Assembly: GCF_006345805.1 (NCBI RefSeq)
Contig: NC_043020.1
Span: 19,778,001-19,842,000 of the forward strand
Direction of reading: 5' to 3'
DNA from: Octopus sinensis
Taxonomy: Eukaryota
DNA: 64,000 nucleotides
Shown here piece after piece: positions 11,721 through 25,349 of the stretch. The position numbers and the translations under genes were made by a program. The notes beneath the pieces were generated by a model, which was not told where the DNA came from, ran no database searches, and was given only the letters and a program-made list of their open reading frames with translations. Position 1 is the stretch's first letter. Each line of letters opens with the position of its first letter.

Positions 11721-12621
11721 TTTCGGTTGTAGTAGCACAGATTTCCGTAAAAAACTTTTATTTTTTTACATAAGTAATGAGAGCAAAAGAGACTAAGAGG
11801 AAGCGATTTTATGACGAGAAGGTTTCTCTTTGAAGTCGGCCTGTGTGTGTTTGATGGGGTGTGGGAGACAGACAGTATGTTGTGTAAGTGAAGTGCTTCT
11901 GTTAGTGTGTGCGAAGAGACAGACATACATATACACATACACCGAGTAAAAAATTACGATGAATCGGCCATACATACATACATACATACATACATACATA
12001 CACACAAACACATACATAGATACATACACACACAGACATACATACATACACACACACATACTTACACACACACACACACATACATGCAGACATACATATA
12101 CACATACACCGAGTAAAAAATTACACTGAATCGACCATACATACATACATACATACACACATACATACATACACACACGCATACATAGATACATACACAC
12201 ACACACATACATGCAGACATACATATACACATACACCGAGTAAAAAATTACGATGAATCGGCCATACATACATACATACACACACATACTTACACACACA
12301 CACATACATAGATACATACACACACACACACATACATGCATACATATACACATACACCGAGTAAAAAATCAGTTATCTCTCTCTTTCACACATTACTCTC
12401 TCTGTCTCTTCACACACACTAACAGAAGCACTTCACTTACACAACATACTGTCTGTCTCCCACACCCCATCAAACACACACAGGCCGACTTCAAAGAGAA
12501 ACCTTCTCGTCATAAAATCGCTTCCTCTTAGTCTCTTTCGCTCTCATTACTTATGTAAAAAAATAAAAGTTTTTTACGGAAATCGACGGAAATCTGAGCT
12601 ACGACATGCGAAACTTCGCCA
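11721..12621. repeat. Fold-back element: about 180-bp near-perfect inverted arms around a tandem array of CA/CATA-containing units
   Basis: 11741-11923 is the reverse complement of 12401-12584 with only two mismatches spotted. Units anchored by 'caccgagtaaaaaat' at about 11940, 12107, 12235 and 12356. Confidence 0.9.
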
Positions 12622-14149
12622 CCCACAAATGCCGCTGTTAGGACCGGATTAACACCCATAATGACCCTAATGACTAAAAAGATTTTCCTGCCTCTATATG
12701 GGATCTTTTTTCGTTTTCTTCCAACCACTTGAAGGTTTGTCTTGTTCCAGTTCACTGAGCTGGCCAAAATGAGTTGTAGCTATGATTCAAAGGGGCCAGC
12801 CTTGTCATATTCTGTGTGAAGCCGAATCTTCCTGAGAACTACGTTAATGGCAAGCATGTCTGTGGAGTATTCAGCTACTTGCAAGTTAATTTTATCCTCT
12901 TGTGGTAATGAAAAGTGGAAGTGACATCTAATATTTGCTGTAGTTATTTAACAATGTCTCTACGTTTCTGTATCAACTTTTCTTTTGATCTATGTATCTA
13001 CTGTCTCTCTCACTTTCTCTGTGTCCCTCCTCTCTCCTGCTTTTAATTTAACAATGTGTGTATGTATCTATGTATCAACTTTCCTTTGGATCTATATATC
13101 TACTTTTCTTGCGATGTGATAAACATTTAAAAACACAAAACGAACACAGTCATCACTCACTGTCTCTCTCTCTCTTTCTCTCTGTCCTCCTCTCTCCCAC
13201 TTTGCCACTCACTTCTTCCTTTGAAGTAAGTGTGACACATACCACAGGTACATACACACCAAAACAACAAGTTGGCATATTAATAGTATTGATAATAATA
13301 GTGGTGGTAGTTACTAAATTACTGGCACAAAGCCAACAATTTTGAAGGTAGGGGATCAGTTGATACCGTTGACCCCACTACTTTATCTTATCAATGGATG
13401 AGACACAAAGACAGAAGATAGACAAAAAGTGAGGATTTACATGGGAAATTGAATGACTAAAAAGTAAAGCATGAAATACAAATATATATAAATAGTATAC
13501 AAAAATTAAATAATGAAGCAATCCTAAAACAGAGAATATTTAAGGCCAACAGAGAAACACAACAGGTCTAAAATTGCAATAAACACCAACAGCAAATGCC
13601 TGGCCTGATCAAAGAGGAAAGTGTTTGCCCTCAAACCTTCCAGTTTCACCCATCACACAACTTCTTTTGCTATAGTGATCAACCAGAGGAATATTACCTT
13701 CATGACCCAGTTAAAGGAGGGTGGTGTGACAATCATTTCATCCAACACAGAATCTCTTTCACTATAGTGAACAACCAGAAAAAAAAATTGCTTTTCTGGC
13801 CCAGTTAAAGAAGGGCATGGGACAATCATCATTATGTCCTCAGCTGATAACTGAATCTATCCCACATGCAAAAGCAGCAGTTCAGGATAACCTCACAAGT
13901 CAGCAATGCCGAGACACATGCAGAATGGGTTAGTTATACATTACCATCTTAAAAAAAAAGATATATTAGGTAATACAAAAAAATATATAATGAGCTTACA
14001 TTTAGAAAAGAAGAAAAGAAGAGCTAGAAAGCAACAAGTAAAGAAAGACTGCAATGTAGACAAAAGTACATGCATAATACACAGGATAATTCACAAGACA
14101 TCAAAAAAGTGAATTGTATAAAAGCCATAAAGTGCAAAGGATGTAGGAA

Positions 14150-14660
14150 TAGCATTGGTGAGTTTCAGGAAGAATCAAATTTTTTAAGGATGCAATGTCC
14201 TAACAAATGATGCAGATAATTTATTCCATTATTCTATTATAGTCAGGTTCCAACCTGGGCCACAGCAACAAAGTCTACCAGCCACACTTCTCAGTCCAAC
14301 TTCACTGCTTTGAGGGCCAAATAATGTGGAGAGAAAACTTCCATCCACTGTGTCCCTAGGTGGCAGACAGGGGAAAGGCATTCAGATACGAAAGTTTGCT
14401 GTGAACATAAAAATAAATAGTCCTGGACCAAACATACCTAGAGGAGTAAACCTCAGTGATAAAAAAATCACAGTCTTGAATTGTGGAAGGTTGTTATGCA
14501 GTGGAGCAAGCTTCAACAAACTGATTCATTGGACCTACATAATTTCTGCTTCACCAAAGGAGAACTTGTCTCTACTAATGAAGAAATACAATCCTCAGGC
14601 GGAGTACGTGGCCCCTGTCAGTATTAAACTATTAAAAGGCCAAAATGACATGGTTCACTG
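14150..14660 (-). mobile_element. Highly decayed LINE 3' end (CR1/L2-like)
   Basis: Minus strand shows IIE*WNKLSASFV, resembling the CR1-group C-terminal WNxLP motif; many stops. Confidence 0.4.
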
Positions 14661-15214
14661 ATTACTCCATGTTTTAACAGATCAGAACATGAAACAAAAA
14701 TGTTGTCCAAGATATATGTTTGAAACAAATCACATGGGACAATGTAGGAGCCTCCACATGGTTGCATGACCTGACAAAAACAGTAGCTTAATCTTCCTCA
14801 TATTATGCTCTCTTCTCTAAAAAAAAAACGATACATTGGATAGTATGAACAATATAGTAGAATAATAGATTAATTGGTAAGTGGAGAGAAGAGCAACTGT
14901 CCCATATGAACCAAATGCATTTTGTTTGCTTCTGCTGTGGCCAGCCACAATTTTAAAACATGCAACCAATGAAACGGCCTGCATGAGGTCATTCATCATG
15001 CTAGAAATATGAATAAAATCTTCCCCAGATCACATTCTGCCATCTTAAAAAAAGAGAGAAGAAAAACAGAAAAAGACACAAGGATAATGTAGTCATAAAT
15101 ACACAATACCTGAAATAAAACATGATTTAGCCATGGCTAGAATGTCTTTGATGATAGGTTTGTTGACTTAAGGTAAAGCAATAACAACACCAACAACAGT
15201 AGCAGTCGACTGAC

Positions 15215-15283
15215 AAAAATGAAAACTGGAAAGTGGAGAGGGTCTATGTCTTCCTGGCTGTCATACAGCACCTCCGATGATAA
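15215..15283 (-). CDS. Candidate coding exon (LSSEVLYDSQEDIDPLHFPVFIF), unidentified
   Basis: 69 nt open in frame 0, AG acceptor and GTCAGT donor, CpG retained. The polypyrimidine tract is weak and the opposite strand is also open. Confidence 0.3.
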
Positions 15284-15632
15284 CTGCGCGTTAGTGTGGA
15301 TAATATGGCTCTTGATTTAATATATAAACAACAGGCTTCTTTCAATTTCTATCAACCAAATCCACTCATAAGGGTTTGGTCAGACTTGGCAGAAGACACT
15401 TGCGCAAGGTGCCATGCAGTGAAACTGAACCTAGAGCCATGTGGTTAGGAAGCTCTTACCACAGAGCTATGCCTGTGCCAACTCTATGTTTATTTATACA
15501 TACACATGCTCACACACACACACAGAGAAAAATATAGGAAACTATTAATATACACAATACATACAAACACAAGAGAGAGATTACTACTTTTATATTTAGC
15601 AACTGTAAATAATAAATTCACAAAAGCAATGT

Positions 15633-15682
<50 letters not shown>

Positions 15683-16352
15683 TACATACATACATACATA
15701 CATGTACGTAAACACACACACAAACACTACACCACTGCATTATGCATACAAAATTATAAAAGACACTTACCAAAAGATTATGCTTGTATAATTGAAGGTA
15801 CGGCTACTTTGATTTTTACCTGGTGACAGTGGTATGTTGAGAACTAAACTCTTATTATGGCTACACAACTAAGTAACCAGAGAATTCTGGGATATCTCAT
15901 TGCCTTATTATAAACAACTGAAATAGATTTCCCAGAAGTTGAAAATTTATCTTTAAACATGCATTAATGTCGGTCTGTAATTTCTTATCTTAAAGTAAGT
16001 GGTGGAGGAGGAGGCCAGGCCATTAAGGAGGAGGAGGAGTGTAAGGAGGAACAAACAAATACACAAGAAATGAAACCACACATCCCTTTCTTCCCATGAA
16101 AACAAGGATTCCAGTGACTGTGGCCAAACTGGGTATTTTCAATTATATCAACCCTTAACCTGTACTGCACTTAAATCTTCATTCTATTGATATTATGCTA
16201 ATAGTTCTAGGGTCAGTCCTACTGCATGAATGACACCATAGGCAAGTGTCTACCACGGCCCTCGGCCAATCAAGGCCTTGTGGGTGAATTTGGTAGATGG
16301 AAACTCAAAGAAGCCCTCTGTGTGTGTATGTATGCGTCTGTCTGTCTATCTA

Positions 16353-16389
<37 letters not shown>

Positions 16390-16539
16390 GAAAAGCTTGC
16401 TTCCCAACCACATGGTCCCAGTATTACTGCATGACACCTTGGGCAAGTGTCTCTTACTGTAGCCTCAGGCTGACCAAAGCCTTGTGGATTTGGTAGACAG
16501 AAACTGAAAGAAGCCTGCCATATATATATATCATCATCA

Positions 16540-17250
16540 TCATTTAATATCCATTGTCCATGCTGGCCAGGGTTGGATGGTTTGACTGGGCTAGCACACT
16601 GGAAGGCTACATCAGATTCCAGTCTGATTTGGCATGGTTTTCTATGGCTGGGTGTCCTTGCTAATACCAACCACTCCAAGTGTGTAATGGGTGCTTTTAT
16701 GTGCCATTGGCACAGGTGCCATTTGTGTGACACTAGTGTCTGTCACAACTATGATTTTGCTCGTCTTGATGGGTCTTCTTCTCAAGCATGACATAATGCC
16801 AACAGACATGGTCATTGCCTCCATGAGGCACAACACTGAAAAGGAACTCAGCCACTTTGCCTCTGTGAGGCCCAACATTCAAAAGATGTTCTTTATGTGC
16901 CACCAGCACGGGTGGACTTAGCTTGACAGGTTCTCTCAAGCACAGCACATCACCAAATTCTCGGTTATTGCCCCTGTGAGGCTCAAAGTTTGAAGATCAT
17001 GCTTCATCACCTTGTCCCATGTCTTTCTGAGCCTACCTTTACCACAGGTTCCCTTCACAGTTAGAGATTGGCCCTTCTTTACACAGCTGTCCTCGTCCAT
17101 AAGCATCACATGACCATACCAGCACAGTCATCTCTCTTGCACATCACATCTGATTCCTCTTATGTCCTCAGCTCTCATAGCCTATCTTTCATTGCCATGG
17201 GCTATGACAGCTGAGGACTTGTGTACGCTTGAAAGAAATGAAGTCAATAT
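16540..17250 (-). mobile_element. Decayed RTE LINE 3' end with SINE/LINE-shared tail
   Basis: Reverse complement of the 4600-4900 RTE C-terminus (TVKGTCGKGRLRKTWDKVMKHDL) and of the (GAT)n tail. Confidence 0.75.
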
Positions 17251-17276
17251 ATATATCATCATCATCATTTAACATC

Positions 17277-17337
<61 letters not shown>

Positions 17338-18105
17338 TATATATATATATATATATGTGAAATAGAAAGATGAATAATCTTGTAGCAGATTAATCAAAAG
17401 TTTAACCGATACCTTGGTAGCAAAAATCACAGCAGAAAACAGCACGGTTGGAGGTACAACCATATGGTGTTGCAACCGTGCGTTGGTGCGGATAATTGAA
17501 ATTAAAATATTATTGGTGAATTGAAGAAATGGAGCTGAACGAAGATTGAACAGAAATCGTTTTATTTCATTCTACACGTGTTTCGAAAGGCACAATTTAC
17601 CAAAATCCGATTGAATATATATATATATATAAATGAAAAGCTTGCTTCCCAACCACATGGTCCCAGTATTACTGCATGACACCTTGGGCAAGTGTCTCTT
17701 ACTGTAGCCTCAGGCTGACCAAAGCCTTGTGGATTTGGTAGACAGAAACTGAAAGAAGCCTGCCATATATATATATCATCATCATATATATATCATATAT
17801 ATATATATATATGCCATATATATATATCATCAGCTGTGTAAAGAAGGGCCAATCTCTAACTGTGAAGGGAACCTGTGGTAAAGGTAGGCTCAGAAAGACA
17901 TGGGACAAGGTGATGAAGCATGATCTTCAAACTTTGAGCCTCACAGGGGCAATAACCGAGACACAATAACAAGACACAATAACAAGACACAATATGGTCT
18001 CATTATTCAATCGGATTTTGGTAAATTGTGCCTTTCGAAACACGTGTAGAATGAAATAAAACGATTTCTGTTCAATCTTCGTTCAGCTCCATTTCTTCAA
18101 TTCAC

Positions 18106-18139
<34 letters not shown>

Positions 18140-18148
<9 letters not shown>

Positions 18149-18640
18149 ATGGATCAGAATGGAAATCGATCAATGGAAATTGCAGATGTGTTACCAGTGC
18201 CGGTGGCATGTCGAAACTCTACTTGTGAAGACCCGTTGAGGCAAGTGAGGATCAGAATGGAAATCGATCAATGGAAATTGCAGATGTGTTACCAGTGCCG
18301 GTGGCATGTAAGAGAACCTTCCGTTTCGCGACCGTTGCCAGCACCGCCCCGTTCGTGTCCGTTGCCAGCCTCGCCTGGCCCTTGTGCCGGTGGCACATAA
18401 AAAGCACCATCCGTTCGTGGCCGTTTGCCAGCTCTGTCTGGCACCTGTGCGGGTGGCACGTAAAAAGCACCCACTACACTCACGGAGTGGTTGGCGTTAG
18501 GAAGGGCATCCAGCCGTAGAAACACTGCCAGATTTGACTGGGCCTGATGAAGCCTTCTGGCTTCACAGACCCCAGTAGAAGCGTCCAACCCATGCTAGCA
18601 TGGAAAACGGATGCTAAACGACGATGATGATGATGATGAT
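18140..18640 (+). mobile_element. RTE 3'-UTR fragment with minisatellite units and (GAT)n tail
   Basis: Homologous to 4960-5445 (gtgccggtggcac.taaaaagcacc units). Confidence 0.8.
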
Positions 18641-19071
18641 ATATATATGCAAATTCTCTCACCCTTATTAATTAATATATAATATATATATATATATATA
18701 TATGCATATATATATATATATATATACATATGCATTTTTTCTTAGTACTGACCTCGTCTGCTAGCTGACCACTAGTCTCGCCCTACCTCACACGCCTACA
18801 CACAGACGCACACACTAACACACACATATTTTTTTGTTTTTTCATCTCGCCTCACACACACACATACACACATGCACATGCACACACTCACACATACACA
18901 CACATCTGTTGGGTTACCAACCTTGTCTCCACTCTTTTGCCTTTAAAAACCCACTTTGCTCTTGTTATCGTCAACATCCGCCTTTCACCATGTGCAACTC
19001 GTAAACACCAGTCGTCTTTTTTCTCTTTCCCTGTTGCCCGCTCTGGGATCTTTCTCTCTCTCTTCCTTCTT

Positions 19072-19109
19072 TATGTTTCCGACGAAGAGCTCCGCTCGAA
19101 ACGTCATAC
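19072..19109 (+). ncRNA. Minimal type-I hammerhead ribozyme-like motif in the 5' pLTR (core variant CCGACGA)
   Basis: CCGACGA-A-GAGC-TCC-GCTC-GAAA-CGTC: 4-bp stem II, palindromic ACGT stem III, predicted GUC cleavage after 19105. U4 is C. Confidence 0.65.
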
Positions 19110-22100
19110 CTCCCTGCTTCCATCTCCTGAGCGCCTATTAATAATAATACTGTAATTGTTCCTGTTGTTGTTGTTTTGTGTTTCCCTTTTGGATTAAAAT
19201 TATACCACTGCGCGCCTACACGGACCCCTGTACCTTGGATACCAACTCTCGGATTTTTTGCACCTACGGGATTGTTACCATTCTTCCTGACCTACGGATC
19301 ACCTGCAACCTTCTTCCGGAGTACCGCTTACCGTGATGTAAAATCATTACTTAATCTGTCCGTTGACTCTCAAATCTCTTTCCTGACTTTTTTCAACTTT
19401 TTTCTATTGTTTTCAAACTGTCTTCACCCTTTTTCTTCTTTCGTTGTTTTCCTGTTGTCTCTCCTTTTTCCTGCTTCGCCACCACCCACTTTACCGTTTG
19501 CCACCACCTCTCATCATGCCTGACTTGCACTCGTTCGTCCAACACCTTCAATCCCTCTCAGCCGCTACCTCGCGTTCTTCCCCCCACAATGTTCCGCACC
19601 TGCTATAAAACTTTCCCGCTTGCTTTTTAAGAAAACCTGCCACTCTAGTCATCTTTCCTTTCTTAGCCGGTGCCTCCGCCATCATGTCACACCCCGCGGT
19701 TTCCTCTTGAAGTTCCACGCTACCCCCTATTCCTCCCCCTTCATCGAACCCACCCTCGCTCGGACCTCCGCTCCCTCCTCCGCGCCACCATCCGCTCCAC
19801 CCGCCCCCTCCTTGACTCCTCGACCATCAACTTCCCCAGGCCTACCTCCTTCTCTCCGCCCTCTGCCCTCCACTCTTCACCCAACCTATCCTCCGCTTCA
19901 TTCTTAATCTCAACCACCAACTCTACAACCACCTCACACACACAAAAAACAAAAAAACTCCACCTCCTCCTCAACCCCTCACCCCTTCCCATCCTCCCCC
20001 ACTGTTCCCCCCCTCCTTCGCACCTACCCCACCCTTCACGGACCCCCCCCCCCACCGTGACCTTCCTACGCCTAACCCATCTTCACCCAACCACCCCCTA
20101 CCCTCCCCTTCACACCCCTGCACCCCCTCCGCCTGCCCCTAGTCCTCCACCACCCCGCTTCCTCGCGCTGTTGTCACTATACCCCCACCTCCCCCTCTCC
20201 GCCGCTGAGCGCTCCCTCCTCAGTAAAGGTCTCCGCTTCACGCCACTCACGCGCCACTGTGATGAGTTCGAGACTCGGGCGGACGTCAACCTGTTCCGCG
20301 CCGCCTCAAACTTCGCGCATACTACCACGCGTCCCCGCAGCGTCAAAACAATCAGGATTGCCTTTTGGAGCTGGGGCGTCGTCCATCCATCTGGACGCCG
20401 CCCCCAGGCCTTTTCAGTAGCCTAGATTCGTTTGTACATGACTGCAACGCTTTGGTCCACCGTTTCAACTTTGAACCAAGACCCCGCCAGCCAACCTCAC
20501 TCGGGCCGAATCCATTGCCCTTCGCCACCTCCGCCGTCGTGATGACATTGTCATCAAACCGGCGGACAAAGGCGGGGCAGTGGTAGTGTGGCGCGCGGAC
20601 CTATACAGGGAGGAAGCGCTCAACCAGCTTCAAAATCCACTCTTCTATCGCCTCCTCCCCTCCGATCCCACCTCCTCCTACCAACAACGAGTGTCCTCCA
20701 CCATCCACGACCTCATCTCCTCCTCCGCTCTCCCCCTCACCGCCACCAACCTCATCGTCCGCACACCCCGCACCTCCACCATCTACTTCCTTCCCAAGAT
20801 CCATAAACCCTCTAATCCTGGCCGTCCCATAGTCTCTGCCTGTAATTGCCCCACTGAACTCATCTCCCTATACCTCGACCGCATCCTGTCCCCCTTAGTC
20901 GCAGCCCTCCCATCCCACATACACGACACCAACCACGCCCTCCGTCTCTTCAATTCCTTTTCCTTCCCTTCCAGCCCCTCACACCTCCTCTTCACTTTAG
21001 ATGTAAAATCCTGTACACAGTGATTCCCCACAATGACGGTCTCCTAGCCCTCAAACACTTCCTCGACCGTCGTCCCGACCCCACCCCCAGCACCCCCACC
21101 CTTCTCCGTTTGGCCGAGCTCGTCCTCACCCTCAAATGCTTCACGTTCGCCGGGGAAACGTACCAACAGGTGTCCGGGGTCGCGATGGGAACTAGGATGG
21201 GCCCCAATTTCGCCAGTCTCTTTCTTGGCTACATTGAGGCCCAAGTGTTCTCCCAGTTCTCTGGGCCGACCCCCGAAACTATACGGTCGCTATATCGACG
21301 ACTGCGTAGGTGCCACCTCCCTTTCCGTGAACTTCTCTGCCAATTCATCTCTTTCCTTTCCAAATTTCATCCCTCCCTTCAATTCACCTCCACCATCTCC
21401 AACACCTCTGTCAACTTCCTTGACATCTCTCTCCGCATCGATCACCCCTCCAGATCTCTCACCACCACCGCCTTTTTTAAACCTACGGATTCCCACCTCT
21501 ATCTCAACTTCTCTTCCTCCCACCCTTCCACACCAAACGAGCCATCCCCTACTCCCAGTTCCTCCGCCTCCGACGTTTGTGCAGCCGCGACCAGGATTTC
21601 GAGACCCAATCTCAATACCTGGCCCGCATGTTCAGACTCCGAGGTTACCCACCCATACTCCTCTCTGATGCCCTCACCCGCGCCCGTCGCATCGACCGCA
21701 CTACCGCCCTGTCTCCTTCCCCCCCCCCCCCCCCCCCAACCGCACCCCCCTTCCCCCTCCTTTTCCACCCCTCTACCCTACCCCTTCGTCGCAAGATACT
21801 ACGTGCCTTCCGTCGCCTCCAGCTTGATCCCACCACCCGCCCCATTTTCCCTAACCTACCCTGTCCTCTTTCAAACGAGCCCGCAATCTGCGTGACCTCC
21901 TGGTCCACAGCACCTCTCTCCTTCCCCCTCAGCCCCACACGGATCATTCCCTTGCTCTAGATCCCGCTGCAACACTTGCCCCTTCATCACCAACACCACC
22001 GCTGTCACCGGCTCCAACCTGCACACTGTACGCATTAGGCACTCTTTTACGTGCACCTCGTCTGGCCTTATTTACTGCATTAAATGCAACCTATGCGGGA

Positions 22101-22379
22101 TGCTGTATGTAGGACAGACGGGACGCCGGTTGTCCGACCGTTTCACTGAGCACTTAAGGGACGTTCGCCTACACTCTCTTTCTCCCGTCGCACGCCACTT
22201 CCGTTCGGCCGGCCTTCCCTAGATGACATCTCAGTGTTTGGTCTCGCCCCCCACCAAGGTCGCCCACTTTCCAGGCTCCACTTGGAGCAACGCTACATCT
22301 TCACCCTACAAACTACCACCCCACACGGACTTAACACAGCCCCCTCCTCTTGAGATCTGTTTTTTTTTTTTTTTTTTTT

Positions 22380-24600
22380 GGCACACCACCCACACACACA
22401 CCCACCTGCCTCCCACACGCACACACCCACCCACCTACCTCCCACACCCACACCCAACCACCTACCTCCCACACGCCTGTTCACACACACACATACGCAG
22501 ACCCATTTACGTACATACATTCACACATTTAATCACACACACTTACAGACATACTAGCACACACTAACATACAAACCAACATGCACATACACACACACAT
22601 ACATACATACGCACACACATACATACTTACACACACACACACACACACAGACATACATACACACATACACACACACATACATACGCACATACATACACAC
22701 ACACTCACACACACACACACCGCACGTACATACTTCACACACACACATGCAAACATACATGTAGGCACATACATACATACATGCCCACAAATGCACACCC
22801 TTACACTGAATGCACACACACATACACCTTTTGCATCCAGGCAGCCCCCCCTCTTTTCTGCTTTCCGGTTTTGGCTGATGGATCCTCGGTTCCCGCGTAG
22901 CGGGGCGTTCGAGGGCCTTTGCGCTCGCGCGCCTTGGCACGCGCTGGGGGCTTGGTCGGCCCCTTGGGCTTGCGTTGTACTGCTTGTGCGTTGTGTGCGT
23001 GAGCGCGCTTTGTGCGTGTGGGCTTGCTTCGGATGTGCGCGTACGTATGTATGCATACATACCCACACACTCGCATGCATCCCTACCCACATACATACAC
23101 GCACACCTACTCACACACACACATACACACACATACCTGCACACACAACACACATACATACATACACATACATACCTACTTCAGACATACACACACACAG
23201 ACATACACCATAAACTCACACCTCACACGCATACACACCACACACATACACACGCACACGTACACATACACACACACACACACACCTACATACATACATT
23301 ACACTTGTATACACACACACTTACATTCATACCACAACACACCTACACAGCCATACCCTCACTCAGACACACACATCTACCTACACACACACACAAACAC
23401 ACACGGACACACACCATACATACAACATCTACACACACACGCCTACACACATACATACACACATACATAAACACAACACACCATACAACACATACGCACA
23501 CACACATATACTTATACACATGCACACCCACACACACATACATACATACACCCATATACATACATACAAACATACCACATACTCCTATACGCACATACAT
23601 ACACAAAGACATACACACTACACACTCACACAAACATATACACACACACATACTTACACACACACTCACCTGCACGCGCACACACATGCATGACAAACAC
23701 CCATACACTCACACTCACATACGCACACACCAACATAAACACGCACCGCACACACACACCTACACTCCCACACACATACACACGCACCTACATACACACA
23801 CGCACGCATACACACGCACACACACATACATTACACACGTACACACACACCCACATACACATGCATACACACACACACACAAACATGCACGGACACACCC
23901 AGACATACACACATACACCTATATACACACGCCCCCACAACTACATACACACACATATACACCGCCCACACACCTACATACACACATACATACACACACA
24001 TACACGGACACACCCACACATACTTACATACATACACCTATACACACACGCCTACACACCTACATACACACACATGCATACACACACACACACTGTACGC
24101 ACATACACACACATATACGCACATACATATACCCACACACATGCACACACACACACACATACGCACATGCATGCATGCATGACACACGCGCACACCTACA
24201 CGCATACACACACACACACGCACGTACACATACATACATACACACACGCATACATACACCCATACACATACATGCATCCGACACACACATACATACACAC
24301 TCACACATACATACACACACACACACTCACTCACACACCTGTATGTACGCGCACACACATGCACATACACACACTTCCCCACACCCACACGTACATACAT
24401 ACACACTCACACACATAACACACACACACACGGACATACATCTATGCACACACACATACATACACAACATACTCACATACATTCATCGCACACACTGCCA
24501 CCCAGACATACACACAGACACACTCACACATCCATACACATACATACTTACGCGCATACTCGCAGGCACGCGCACATACGCACTTGCGCCGGCTCGCGCA
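22380..24600. repeat. About 2.2-kb degenerate (CA)n/(CATA)n satellite inside the Penelope-like element
   Basis: Directly visible; source of the His/Thr-rich and Cys/Val-rich spurious ORFs. Confidence 0.95.
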
Positions 24601-25311
24601 TGAGAACGCGTCGCATACACCTCGCCCTTGGACCTGACGAGACCTCCGCCCGTTCCTGGGACCGTCGCGTGTCGTTGGGTTTTCCCACGCCTGTCTCCGC
24701 GCGGTACCACTCTTCCATCTTCCCTCAGCTGGAGTCCTTTTTCCTTAACCCCCCCCCTTTTTTCGTTACACACACGCGCACACAATACACACCTTGCCTA
24801 TATATATACATCACTCTTACAACATTCAATCTACTCGCCATTAATACCACCACGACACTGGACACACACACACACTACTACTCAACACACGCTGGCACGC
24901 TACATACGCCCCCACCCCTTCCCTCCCTCCCTTCCCCTTCCTTCTTTTTCTTACTACTGACCTCCCTTCCTCCTTCCTTCTTTTCTTAGTACTGACCTCG
25001 TCTGCTAGCTGACCACTAGTCTCGCCCTACCTCACACGCCTACACACAGACGCACACACTAACACACACATATTTTTTTGTTTTTCATCTCGCCTCACAC
25101 ACACACATACACACACGCACATGCACACACTCACACATACACACACATCTGTTGGTTACCAACCTTGTCTCCACTTTTGCCTTTAAAAACCACTTTGCTC
25201 TTGTTATCGTCAACATCCGCCTTTCACCATGTGCAACTCGTAAACACCAGTCGTCTTTTTTCTCTTTCCCTGTTGCCGCTCTGGGATCTTTCTTTCCTCT
25301 CTTTCCTTCTT

Positions 25312-25349
25312 TATGTTTCCGACGAAGAGCTCCGCTCGAAACGTCATAC
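25312..25349 (+). ncRNA. Hammerhead-like motif in the 3' pLTR, identical to 19072-19109
   Basis: Same sequence ttatgtttccgacgaagagctccgctcgaaacgtcatac. Confidence 0.65.

Noticed and set aside
11793-12531. MCVC.../HTHT... ORFs
   Set aside because: Microsatellite artefacts within the fold-back array.
22554-24603. Long His/Thr-rich and Cys/Val-rich ORFs (up to 542 aa)
   Set aside because: Translations of CA/CATA microsatellite, which lacks stop codons by composition.
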